Shown one piece after another: positions 1-7,266 of a stretch of DNA of 27,558 nucleotides. The stretch covers positions 1-27,558 of the forward strand of contig JBLNHD010000057.1 in assembly GCA_050268825.1 (NCBI GenBank), written 5' to 3'. The position numbers were made by a program, and so were the translations under genes. Position 1 is the stretch's first letter, and the number at the start of each line of letters is the position of its first letter. The stretch is from Gemmatimonadota bacterium. GTDB lineage: Bacteria > Gemmatimonadota > Gemmatimonadetes > Gemmatimonadales > GWC2-71-9. The notes below the pieces were generated by a model, which saw nothing but the letters and a program-made list of their open reading frames with translations, did not search any database and was not told the origin of the DNA.

Positions 1-143
1 GATGTGGCCGCGTCGTCGAGCGAGCCGTCGCTGCGCACGACCATGTCGGTGACGACCGCGAGCCGATCGCGGTCCTCGAGCAGCGACGTGCGATCGAACG
101 CGAGCTGCTGCGGCAGCATCGGGAACGTGCGCACGCCGGTGTA
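1..143 (-). other. RNase II/R (RNB domain)-like fragment in frame with the polA 5' region
   Basis: Reads YTGVRTFPMLPQQLAFDRTSLLEDRDRLAVVTDMVVRSDGSLDDAAT, matching the RNB segment TSVY...PMLP..L....SL...DRLA. The PolA GDxSDNxPGV motif expected here is absent. Confidence 0.72.
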
Positions 144-611
144 GAGCGCGGACACCCGCGGCCCGATCAGCTGATAGAAGTCCTTGTCTCCGGAGACGAT
201 CACCGCCTGCATGTCGCGCGCGGCCGCGCGCGTTGCGAGCGTGCCGATGACGTCGTCGGCCTCGTAGCCGGGCACGGCGACGACCGGGATGCGAAACGCC
301 GCGAGCAGCTCCAGGATCCGCTCGAGCGAGCGGTCGAAATCGGCCTGCAGCTCGTCGTCCAGTTTCTCGCGGGTGCTCTTGTAGTCGGCGTACCGCTCCT
401 CGCGGAAGGAGGTGCCGGCGTCATTGACCCAGGCGAGGTAGTCGGGGCGATGCTGCTCGACGAGGCGCACGAGGAAGTTGGCGACGCCCCACGCCGCCGA
501 GGTGTTCTCCCCCCGCGTGGTACGGAGGGGACGCGAGATCATCGCGAAGAACGCGCGATAGATCAGGGCATAACCGTCGAGGAGGAAGAGCCGCGGTGGG
601 GTGGAAGACAT
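1..611 (-). CDS. polA: DNA polymerase I, N-terminal 5'-3' exonuclease region (open at left edge; PolA similarity stops at about residue 153-156)
   Basis: Not in the ORF track because it runs off the edge. Manual translation from ATG 611: MSSTPPRLFLLDGYALIYRAFFAMISRPLRTTRGENTSAAWGVANFL...GYEADDVIGTLA...VIVSGDKDFYQLIGPRV, carrying the PolA 5' nuclease motifs (LLDG, RAFFA, EADD, SGDKD). Confidence 0.93.
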   Translation of the reverse strand, partial: MSSTPPRLFLLDGYALIYRAFFAMISRPLRTTRGENTSAAWGVANFLVRLVEQHRPDYLAWVNDAGTSFREERYADYKSTREKLDDELQADFDRSLERILELLAAFRIPVVAVPGYEADDVIGTLATRAAARDMQAVIVSGDKDFYQLIGPRVSALYTGVRTFPMLPQQLAFDRTSLLEDRDRLAVVTDMVVRSDGSLDDAAT

Positions 612-623
612 CCGGGAAAGATA

Positions 624-670
624 GCGGGACACGCGGAGCCGGCGATCACGCCGGCTCCGCCCGCTCCCGC
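624..670. terminator. GC-rich stem-loop between the GWxTD gene stop and the polA start
   Basis: Perfect 12-bp stem GCGGAGCCGGCG(633-644)-ATCA-CGCCGGCTCCGC(649-660), extended by GCGGGA(624-629)/TCCCGC(665-670). Only a weak U-tract follows on the minus strand. Confidence 0.45.
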
Positions 671-711
671 ATCAGTCTCCGCGTTCTCCGCGTTCCGCGC
701 GGGCCACCGGC

Positions 712-2073
712 TTACTGGTCGAGACGCCGGAGCCGGGTGATGGTGCGCTCGAATTCGGCGCGCGAGGACGGGGTGAGCCGGTAGCGGCCGAACCCGGTCT
801 CGTCATGGAAGAGGAGCGACATCCGCAGGTTGATGTAGTTCCAGCGCAGGACCCGGCCCCCCATCTGCCCGGGCGACGTCTCGAACGTCTCGTCGGGCTC
901 GCCGACCGTCACGTACACCTCGCCGCGGTCGGTGCGCCACCCGGCAACGCCCTCGCCGCGAAACCGCTGGTTCGCGACCGCCAGGCGGCTGAAGTAGGTG
1001 TTGAGCGCCTCGTTCTCGGCGGTACTCCTGTCGGGATCGGTCTCGCGCCAGAAGGCGCGCCAGAGCGCAGGCCGCTCTTCCGCCGGCGCGTCGCGGATCG
1101 AGTCGAGCATGCGATCCCGCCCGAAATAGCGGAGCAGGTCGAGCATCTCGTCGTAGTTCGTGACCACCCAGGCTCCCGAGAAGGACACGACCGCCGCCAC
1201 CTCGCGCTGCTGGCTCCCCTCGCCGATCACGAGGGTGAGCGCGCCGAGCGCGAGGCTGTCCGGACGGAGCTTGAGCACCTGGCTCTCCACGGACTGCCCG
1301 CCGCGGAAGGCGAGCGAGTCGCGGAAGATCACGCTGTCCGTCTCGGTGCGCATCTCGATCGGCACGCGCGTCGGGCCGGTGAAGCCATAGCCCTCGATAT
1401 AGGCGAGGAGCGTGTCGCTGCCGTAACCGATCGAGCCGCGCGGATTGAGGACGAGCGAGAGCGTGTCGCTTCCCGCCGCCCTGCCGCGCGCCTGATACAC
1501 CAGGATCGGCGCCGTGGTCGAGCCCGTGCCGAAGCGCGGCGCCTCGGCGCTCAGCTCGGCGCGGGAGGTGCTGCCGGTGGCGGGATCGCGCAGCGAGGCG
1601 GTGACCTGGTAGGTGCCGGGCTCGAGGCGAAAGGTCTGCTGGAAGAGGATGCTCTCTTCCGCACGCTGCGTTTCCTGGAAGGTGGCGACGCGGACGAGCT
1701 CGTCCCGGCTCACGCTGATGGGCGCTCTCCCCTGCCCTTGCAGCGTCAGGTCGACGCGATAGCGCGCCACGAACCCATTCCCTTCCCGCTGGAAGCTGAG
1801 CGACCGGTTTTCGAGCGAGAGGCCCACGAGCGCGATCGCGGAATCTCCCGGACCGCGCGCAAAGGCGATGCTGCCCACGAACGGGAGCGGTTCTCCGGCC
1901 GCCAGCCGGCCCAGGCTCTGGTAGTAGGCCTGAACGTTGAAGAGCCGCGTCAGCGTCTCCGAGGACGACGCGGTACGATCATCGTCCCCCACCCGGCGCC
2001 AGTTGCCGCAGGAGGCGGTTCCGATCAGGAGCAGCAGCGACACGTACCGCGCGAGGGGGCGCATGGATGACAT
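712..2073 (-). CDS. GWxTD domain-containing lipoprotein
   Basis: Signature GWRTDRGEVYVTVGEPD, preceded by FWRETDPD...ENEALNTYFSRLAVANQRF. N-terminal hydrophobic stretch with lipobox-like TASC. Alternative start at 2064. Confidence 0.9.
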   Translation of the reverse strand: MSSMRPLARYVSLLLLIGTASCGNWRRVGDDDRTASSSETLTRLFNVQAYYQSLGRLAAGEPLPFVGSIAFARGPGDSAIALVGLSLENRSLSFQREGNGFVARYRVDLTLQGQGRAPISVSRDELVRVATFQETQRAEESILFQQTFRLEPGTYQVTASLRDPATGSTSRAELSAEAPRFGTGSTTAPILVYQARGRAAGSDTLSLVLNPRGSIGYGSDTLLAYIEGYGFTGPTRVPIEMRTETDSVIFRDSLAFRGGQSVESQVLKLRPDSLALGALTLVIGEGSQQREVAAVVSFSGAWVVTNYDEMLDLLRYFGRDRMLDSIRDAPAEERPALWRAFWRETDPDRSTAENEALNTYFSRLAVANQRFRGEGVAGWRTDRGEVYVTVGEPDETFETSPGQMGGRVLRWNYINLRMSLLFHDETGFGRYRLTPSSRAEFERTITRLRRLDQ

Positions 2074-2099
2074 CCCGTAAGAGTGAATCCGGCCGCGTT

Positions 2100-2129
2100 A
2101 GACTACGACCCGCTTGCAACAGGCGTCAA
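2100..2129 (-). promoter_or_regulatory. Putative sigma70 promoter for the GWxTD gene
   Basis: Minus strand TTGACG (2129-2124), 18-nt spacer, TAGTCT (2105-2100). Confidence 0.55.
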
Positions 2130-2173
2130 TGGGCCAGGTCACCCAGCCGCCCCCGACTTCGTAAACTTCGCGC

Positions 2174-2202
2174 TTGCTGTGGCTTGCGGAAATCACTAGC
2201 TT
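2174..2202 (+). promoter_or_regulatory. Putative sigma70 promoter for the kinase-pyrE unit (near-leaderless)
   Basis: TTGCTG (2174-2179), 17-nt spacer, TAGCTT (2197-2202), 8 nt before ATG 2211. No Shine-Dalgarno. Confidence 0.4.
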
Positions 2203-2210
2203 GGCACCCA

Positions 2211-3104
2211 ATGAGCTCGGAAAACCATGTGGGTCGCACCATCGCCGGCTACCGCCTCGTCAAGCATATCGGCGAGGGGGGTACTGCCACGGTCTATCGC
2301 GCCGAGCACCCCGAACAGGGCGTGGCGGCCGTGAAGGTGCTGCGCCCGAAGCTTGCCCAGGACCCGGTTGCCATCAAGCGCTTCCTGCGTGAGGCCGAGT
2401 TCGGCAAGCGCGCGGCGCATCCCAAGATCGTGCGCACCTACGATTACGGCGAGGCGGACGGCGTCCACTTCCTGGCCCTCGAATGGGCCGAAGGCGAGCC
2501 GCTTGCGAGCTTCGTCCAGCGGGCCGGCAACCTCGCTCCGCAGCTTGCGGCTACGATCGTCGAACAGATCGGAGGCGCGCTCAGCGCCGCGCACAAGGCC
2601 GGGATCATTCATCGCGATCTCAAGCCGGCCAACATCATGTACGACCCGGCCACGCAGGAGGCCAAGCTCCTCGACTTCGGCATTGCCCGCGATGCCGAAG
2701 TGAGCCCGGAGGAACGTCTTACGCGGGCCGGCTTCTTCGTGGGCACGCTGCAGTACGTGGCCCCGGAGGCGCTGAGCGGCGAGCTCGTGAGTGAACAGGC
2801 GGACGTGTACAGCCTCGCCACCATCGCGTACTACCTGTTGACCGGGTGCCTGCCGTTCACCGGCCGGAGTCCCAGGGAGTTGTTTCAGCAACTCCTCTCG
2901 CAGGCCCCGGTGCCACTCAATCAGGCCGCGAAAGGGCTCAAGTTCACACCCGGCCTCGAGGCCGTGGTGATGCGCGGCCTCGAGCGGGACCGCACCAGGC
3001 GCTTCAAGACGGTAGACGAGTTCACCTCGGCTTTCTGCACGGCCGCGCGCGAGGAAAAGCCCGCTAGAGGCGGCTTTCTCTCTTCGCTCTTCGGCCGCAA
3101 GTGA
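2211..3104 (+). CDS. Hanks-type Ser/Thr protein kinase (catalytic domain only)
   Basis: GEGGTATVY, AVKVL, FLREA, HRDLKPAN, DFG, GTLQYVAPE, DVYSLA motifs. The upstream ORF extension from 2067 is non-homologous, so the start is placed at MSSENH. Confidence 0.95.
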   Translation: MSSENHVGRTIAGYRLVKHIGEGGTATVYRAEHPEQGVAAVKVLRPKLAQDPVAIKRFLREAEFGKRAAHPKIVRTYDYGEADGVHFLALEWAEGEPLASFVQRAGNLAPQLAATIVEQIGGALSAAHKAGIIHRDLKPANIMYDPATQEAKLLDFGIARDAEVSPEERLTRAGFFVGTLQYVAPEALSGELVSEQADVYSLATIAYYLLTGCLPFTGRSPRELFQQLLSQAPVPLNQAAKGLKFTPGLEAVVMRGLERDRTRRFKTVDEFTSAFCTAAREEKPARGGFLSSLFGRK

Positions 3105-3655
3105 CGCCCGCCGAACAACTCGAACGACTCCTCCTCCAACGCAGCGTCCAGCGAGGAGAGTTCACGCTCAGTTCAGGCCTCAAGTCCAGTTTCTACCTCG
3201 ACTGCCGACCGACCACCATGAGCGCCGAGGGGCTTTGGCTCATCGGGATTCTGGGCCTGGAAGCAATCCGGAAGGCGGGGTGGGCGGCCGAGGGAGTGGG
3301 GGGAATGACGATGGGCGCCGACCCGGTAGCCTACGCCATCGCCGCCGCGAGCTGGAGTGCGCCGCCGGCCCTGGACGCGTTCAGTGTGCGGAAGGAGGCC
3401 AAGGGCCACGGCATGAAGCGGCGCGTCGAGGGGAACTTCCGGACCGGCGCCCGGGTCGTGGTGGTGGAGGATGTCATCACGACGGGGAATTCGACCCTCG
3501 AGGCGATCGGAGCGATCCGTGAGGCCGGCGGGCAGATCGTCGGGGTGCTGGTCGTGGTAGATCGCGAACAGGGAGGGCGGGAGAAGATCGAGGCAACCGG
3601 CACTTCAGTTGTTGCGTTGACTACTACCTCACGGCTGGGCCTGAGGTCCGATTAA
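3101..3655 (+). CDS. pyrE: Orotate phosphoribosyltransferase
   Basis: GEFTLSSGLKSSFYLDCR, VRKEAKGHG and the PRPP-binding VVVVEDVITTGNS. GTG start overlaps the kinase TGA (GTGA). Confidence 0.96.
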   Translation: MTPAEQLERLLLQRSVQRGEFTLSSGLKSSFYLDCRPTTMSAEGLWLIGILGLEAIRKAGWAAEGVGGMTMGADPVAYAIAAASWSAPPALDAFSVRKEAKGHGMKRRVEGNFRTGARVVVVEDVITTGNSTLEAIGAIREAGGQIVGVLVVVDREQGGREKIEATGTSVVALTTTSRLGLRSD

Positions 3656-4221
3656 GCGCTGGCAGGCATCTCATCCCCCGGGTGGAGCAGCTGCAGACCG
3701 GCACGGGCCGGCCCGCCCTCCTCCAGCACGTGATCCACGCCGGCAGCCGTGATGGCCCAGCAGCCGTTCTCCAGCCGCTGCACGAAGCCGTTTTCCTTCA
3801 GGTACCAGACGTGGAACTTCATGTGCTCCTCGGGACAACCGAGGAGCTGCTCGAGGTCCACGATGCCCACCCCGGGATGCTCGGCGTCGTTGCGGCGCGC
3901 CGAATAGAGGATAGACAGGAGGGCGCTCCGGACTCGCCGATCCGCGGCTACGTCGTCGAGCGCAGTTTCCTGATCGAAGATCCGCCACCGCTTTTCGCGC
4001 GCCCGGTCGTATCGCGCGTCGTAGGCGGCGCGAAGTCCCGGATCGGAGAGCACGCGAAACGCTTCCATGATCGCGCCGAAGCGCTCCGGGTCGCCACTCT
4101 CGAGGTTGTCGGGGTGGAGCCGCTTGGCCATGTGCCGGAACACGCGGCTTATCGTGTCCGCATCGGCGCGCGGAGAGAGCTGCAGCACCTCGTAATGATC
4201 GGGTACCTGGGTTTCGCTCAT
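3652..4221 (-). CDS. J-domain (DnaJ-like) protein with C-terminal winged-helix-like region
   Basis: DHYEVLQL...HMAKRLHPDN...EAFRVLSDP..RAAYD is a J domain with intact HPD. C-terminal DLEQLLG...FHVWYLKENGFVQR...WAITAAGVD resembles a wHTH. Start at MSETQ (4221). Confidence 0.88.
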   Translation of the reverse strand: MSETQVPDHYEVLQLSPRADADTISRVFRHMAKRLHPDNLESGDPERFGAIMEAFRVLSDPGLRAAYDARYDRAREKRWRIFDQETALDDVAADRRVRSALLSILYSARRNDAEHPGVGIVDLEQLLGCPEEHMKFHVWYLKENGFVQRLENGCWAITAAGVDHVLEEGGPARAGLQLLHPGDEMPASA

Positions 4222-4266
4222 GGCTCGCCGCCGGGACAGGGGAAGGTGCCAGAGTACCCGCCTGCG

Positions 4267-4281
4267 GCAACTCTTGCGCCA
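4267..4281 (-). promoter_or_regulatory. Putative sigma54 -24/-12 promoter facing the J-domain gene
   Basis: Minus strand TGGCGC-AAGAG-TTGC with GG-N10-GC spacing, about 45 nt upstream of ATG 4221. Confidence 0.5.
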
Positions 4282-4299
4282 GCGGCGAGTTGCCCGGGC

Positions 4300-4314
4300 G
4301 GGCATATGCCTTGC
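4300..4314 (+). promoter_or_regulatory. Putative sigma54 -24/-12 promoter facing the 4363 gene
   Basis: GGGCAT-ATGCC-TTGC, with GG at 4301-4302 and GC at 4313-4314 (N10 spacing). Confidence 0.4.
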
Positions 4315-4362
4315 CGCTCCTGGTTCGGTCCCGCGCGTCAACCGAACCCGAAGGGAGGCCGT

Positions 4363-4710
4363 ATGTCGAGCCGCTCGAATCGCTTATCCCTCGCTACCGG
4401 CGCCCTCCTGGCGCTCTCTCTATTTGCGGCACCCCTTGCAGCGCAGGGCAACGGGAAGCGCTACGCCGTGAGCAACGACAAGGCCGTCACGGTGACCCGC
4501 GAAGTTCTGGTCCGCCGCGGGTTCGAGGTCGTCAAGGTCGAAACCGACGGCGATACGCGCACGATCTATTATCGTGCAGGGAATCAGGGGCGCGGGAAGG
4601 GGAAGGGAAGGCTCGAGCGCATGATCATCCGGCGGGAGAAGGACCGGGTCATCTTCGTCGAGACGCCCTCGGCGATCCTCCTGGACATCGACGTCAAGCT
4701 CAAGCTCTGA
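4363..4710 (+). CDS. Small secreted hypothetical protein (115 aa)
   Basis: RBS AAGGGAGG then ATG. Signal peptide ending PLAA-Q. Basic GRGKGKG segment. The upstream ORF extension to 3682 is a shadow of the J-domain gene. Confidence 0.85.
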   Translation: MSSRSNRLSLATGALLALSLFAAPLAAQGNGKRYAVSNDKAVTVTREVLVRRGFEVVKVETDGDTRTIYYRAGNQGRGKGKGRLERMIIRREKDRVIFVETPSAILLDIDVKLKL

Positions 4711-4807
4711 GGCGAGCCCGGACCCGGCGACTCGACGCACACGGGCAGGGAGCGGGGAACTGGACCAGCACACGCAGAACACGACGCCAGAGGCACGCGG
4801 CGCGCGG

Positions 4808-5248
4808 ATGGGCCGGATCGTCGCTGCCGGGATCGCAGCGTCCGGCGCCGGCGCGCTCGCCGCGTGGCTCGGCTACCTGGCGTTGATTCTCGTCACGGTC
4901 GGCGCCCCGGCGGCGGCCGAGAGCGCGCCCTCCCTGCTCGGCTTCTTCCTCCTCATCGGGTGGCCCATCGCGCTCGTGGCGACGCTCGTCGCGGGCTCGA
5001 TCCTGCACCGCCTCCTTCGCCGCAGCGGACTCCTTCGCCGCCTTCCCGTCGTGCTCGCCGCCGCCGCCGTCGGAGCCGTCGTGATGCCGCTCGCCTGGGA
5101 CGAGCTGGATTCGCTTCTCGGCGATCCATCGGGCGGTGCCGCCATCGCCATCGGGGCGTTCAGCGGGCTGGCAGCGGGGTGGGTCTTCTGGTCGATCATC
5201 GCGCGGCCCTTCGGCCGCATGCCATCCGCACGGCCATCTCCACTATGA
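4808..5248 (+). CDS. Hypothetical membrane protein (about 4 TM)
   Basis: Four Ala/Leu/Val-rich hydrophobic stretches. Fills the gap between neighbouring genes. Confidence 0.7.
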   Translation: MGRIVAAGIAASGAGALAAWLGYLALILVTVGAPAAAESAPSLLGFFLLIGWPIALVATLVAGSILHRLLRRSGLLRRLPVVLAAAAVGAVVMPLAWDELDSLLGDPSGGAAIAIGAFSGLAAGWVFWSIIARPFGRMPSARPSPL

Positions 5249-5276
5249 TTCAGGCGACTCGATCCCGCCGCACTCG

Positions 5277-6020
5277 ATGACCGACGATCGCGCCTCCGGC
5301 CGCTGGCTCCTGCCCGCCCTGATCCTGGCGGCCGGCTTCGTGCTGGCCGGGTGGCTGGCCGGGAAGGGCATCGCACAGGTGCGCGCGGCGGATCGCTTCG
5401 TCACGGTGAAAGGGGTGTCCGAGCGCGAGGTGAAGGCCGATCTCGACATCTGGCCGCTGCACATTGCCGTGGCGGACAACAGTCTCTCCTCGGCGCAGCG
5501 GTCCATCGCGGAAAGCGTCACGCAGATCAAGCGGTTCCTCGCGCGGCATGGCATCGATACGGCACAGACCGCGCTGCAGGACTTCCAGGTCATCGACGCG
5601 TACGCCAACCAGTACCGCCCACCGGGGGAGATCGTCACCCGCTACATCGTGCGGCAGACGGTGATGGTCCGCTCCGACCGGCCTGATACGGTGCTGGCAG
5701 CGAGCCAGCGGCTCAGCGAGCTGGTCGACGCGGGAGTCGTGTTCACGTCGGGCGGAGAGTACGCTGCGACGGGCCCGAGCTTCGTCTTCACGCGGCTCAA
5801 TGACTTCAAGCCGGCGATGATCGCCGAAGCCACGGCGCAGGCGCGGGAAGCGGCCGCACAATTCGCCCGCGACGCGGCGAGCGAGCTCGGCGGCATCCGG
5901 CGCGCCAACCAGGGTGTCTTCGAGATCCTTCCGCGCGAGCAGGCCGCAGGCATTCGCGAGGAAAGCCAGGTCTTCAAGACGCTGCGCGTCGTTTCCACGG
6001 TCGAATTCCTCCTGCGCTGA
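5277..6020 (+). CDS. SIMPL (DUF541) domain protein
   Basis: N-terminal TM, VTVKGVSEREVKAD, FTRLNDFKPAMIAEATAQAREAAAQFA, GGIRRANQG, KTLRVVSTVEFLL. Confidence 0.92.
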   Translation: MTDDRASGRWLLPALILAAGFVLAGWLAGKGIAQVRAADRFVTVKGVSEREVKADLDIWPLHIAVADNSLSSAQRSIAESVTQIKRFLARHGIDTAQTALQDFQVIDAYANQYRPPGEIVTRYIVRQTVMVRSDRPDTVLAASQRLSELVDAGVVFTSGGEYAATGPSFVFTRLNDFKPAMIAEATAQAREAAAQFARDAASELGGIRRANQGVFEILPREQAAGIREESQVFKTLRVVSTVEFLLR

Positions 6021-6036
6021 GCCCGGGCGAAGGCGC

Positions 6037-7179
6037 TCAGCCCAGCCAGGCCCCCTGCAGGATCTCTCGCAACAGTTCCGGATAACTCCACCCCGCCGCA
6101 CGCCCGGCCAGCGACACGAGACTGTCGGCCTGCTCCCGCCCCGGCCGCCCCGGCCCGGTGAGGTTCGGTTTCAGGTTCACATCGAAGAGCATGTAGCGGC
6201 CGTCCTCGCCGCGGCGGCAGTCCACGCGGACCGGCGCCCGCGCCCCGATGAGCTCGGCGGCGCGGATGCAGGCGGAGGTCGCGGCCACGACCTCGGCACT
6301 CCGTGCCTCCGACGCCGGGAGGGCCACGCTGTTCTCCGCGACGGGGACGATACCGCTGTAGGGCGCGATCCCTCCGGCGTGGCCGGTGCGCCGGATCGCG
6401 GGCAGCGCCCAGTGCCGACTCTCGTCGCGCGCTCGACCGCCGGCGCGGTACGTGCCCGGGGGCAGGACGGTGACCGTGATCTCCTCGCCAACCAGGAACT
6501 GCTCGACGATGGCGCGGCTTCCGTATACCGGAACCGGTCCCTCCGGACCCGGGGTCGCCGCCTCGAAGAGGGCCGCCAGCGCCCGCCTCACGTCTGCCGC
6601 AGAGCGCGCGAACGAGACACCCTGGCTTCCACGCCCGCGCACGGGCTTCACGATGGCGCCTCCACCCATGCCCAGATCCGCGAGCAGCGCATCGCGCACC
6701 GAGCCGAGCGCAATCAAATCCTGTCCGGGCGCGGAACCGACCAGCACCGCGGCAGGGAAGGGAAGCCCGGCCTCCCGCATGACTGTCCGCGTGACCCACT
6801 TGTCGTCGAAGCGGTGTACGTCGGCGGGCCGCTGGCCCACGATCCGCACGCCGCTGACGGCTTCGAGCGGGTGACCGGCGAAGAGGACGGTGTTGGCCCA
6901 GAGGACCTGCGCGCCCTGCCGGAGCGCGGCGCCGATGCCGTCGGGTGTGTCGGGATAGGTCCAGCCCTCATCGGCGGACGGATCCGGATCATCGCCCGGG
7001 GTAAGCACGGGGATGCCGATGCCGCGGAGTGCGGCCGCGATGTCGGCTCCGCTGTCGGCGTACCCCCCTTCCTTCAGCGGCTTCCGAGCTCCGTCGATGA
7101 GCGGGGGGTCGAGGGCCTGGTGCAGCACGGCGAGCGGGCCCGGCAGGGCCGCAAAAGGTGACGCCTGCACTAGCCGCAC
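6037..7179 (-). CDS. ATP-grasp enzyme, D-Ala-D-Ala-ligase-like C-terminal fold
   Basis: DDKW, IVKPVRGRGSQGV, IVEQFLVGEEITVTV, RVDCR, FDVNLKPN. RBS AAAGGAG 5 nt before GTG 7179. Confidence 0.85.
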   Translation of the reverse strand: MRLVQASPFAALPGPLAVLHQALDPPLIDGARKPLKEGGYADSGADIAAALRGIGIPVLTPGDDPDPSADEGWTYPDTPDGIGAALRQGAQVLWANTVLFAGHPLEAVSGVRIVGQRPADVHRFDDKWVTRTVMREAGLPFPAAVLVGSAPGQDLIALGSVRDALLADLGMGGGAIVKPVRGRGSQGVSFARSAADVRRALAALFEAATPGPEGPVPVYGSRAIVEQFLVGEEITVTVLPPGTYRAGGRARDESRHWALPAIRRTGHAGGIAPYSGIVPVAENSVALPASEARSAEVVAATSACIRAAELIGARAPVRVDCRRGEDGRYMLFDVNLKPNLTGPGRPGREQADSLVSLAGRAAGWSYPELLREILQGAWLG

Positions 7180-7266
7180 GCCGTCTCCTTTCCCCTAATT
7201 GTGCCAGCGGCCGTCGCCGCATCGGAGCAGACCTCGAACCCGCAGGGCGGGGAAGGGATATATATC

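Noticed and set aside
805-2070. Long antisense or alternate-frame ORFs (e.g. 805-2070+, 5914-7161+, 7830-9026-, 10390-11604+, 15870-17033-, 24815-26257-, 25891-26913-)
   Set aside because: Shadows of well-supported genes in high-GC DNA: Arg/Ala/Pro-rich, with no motifs.
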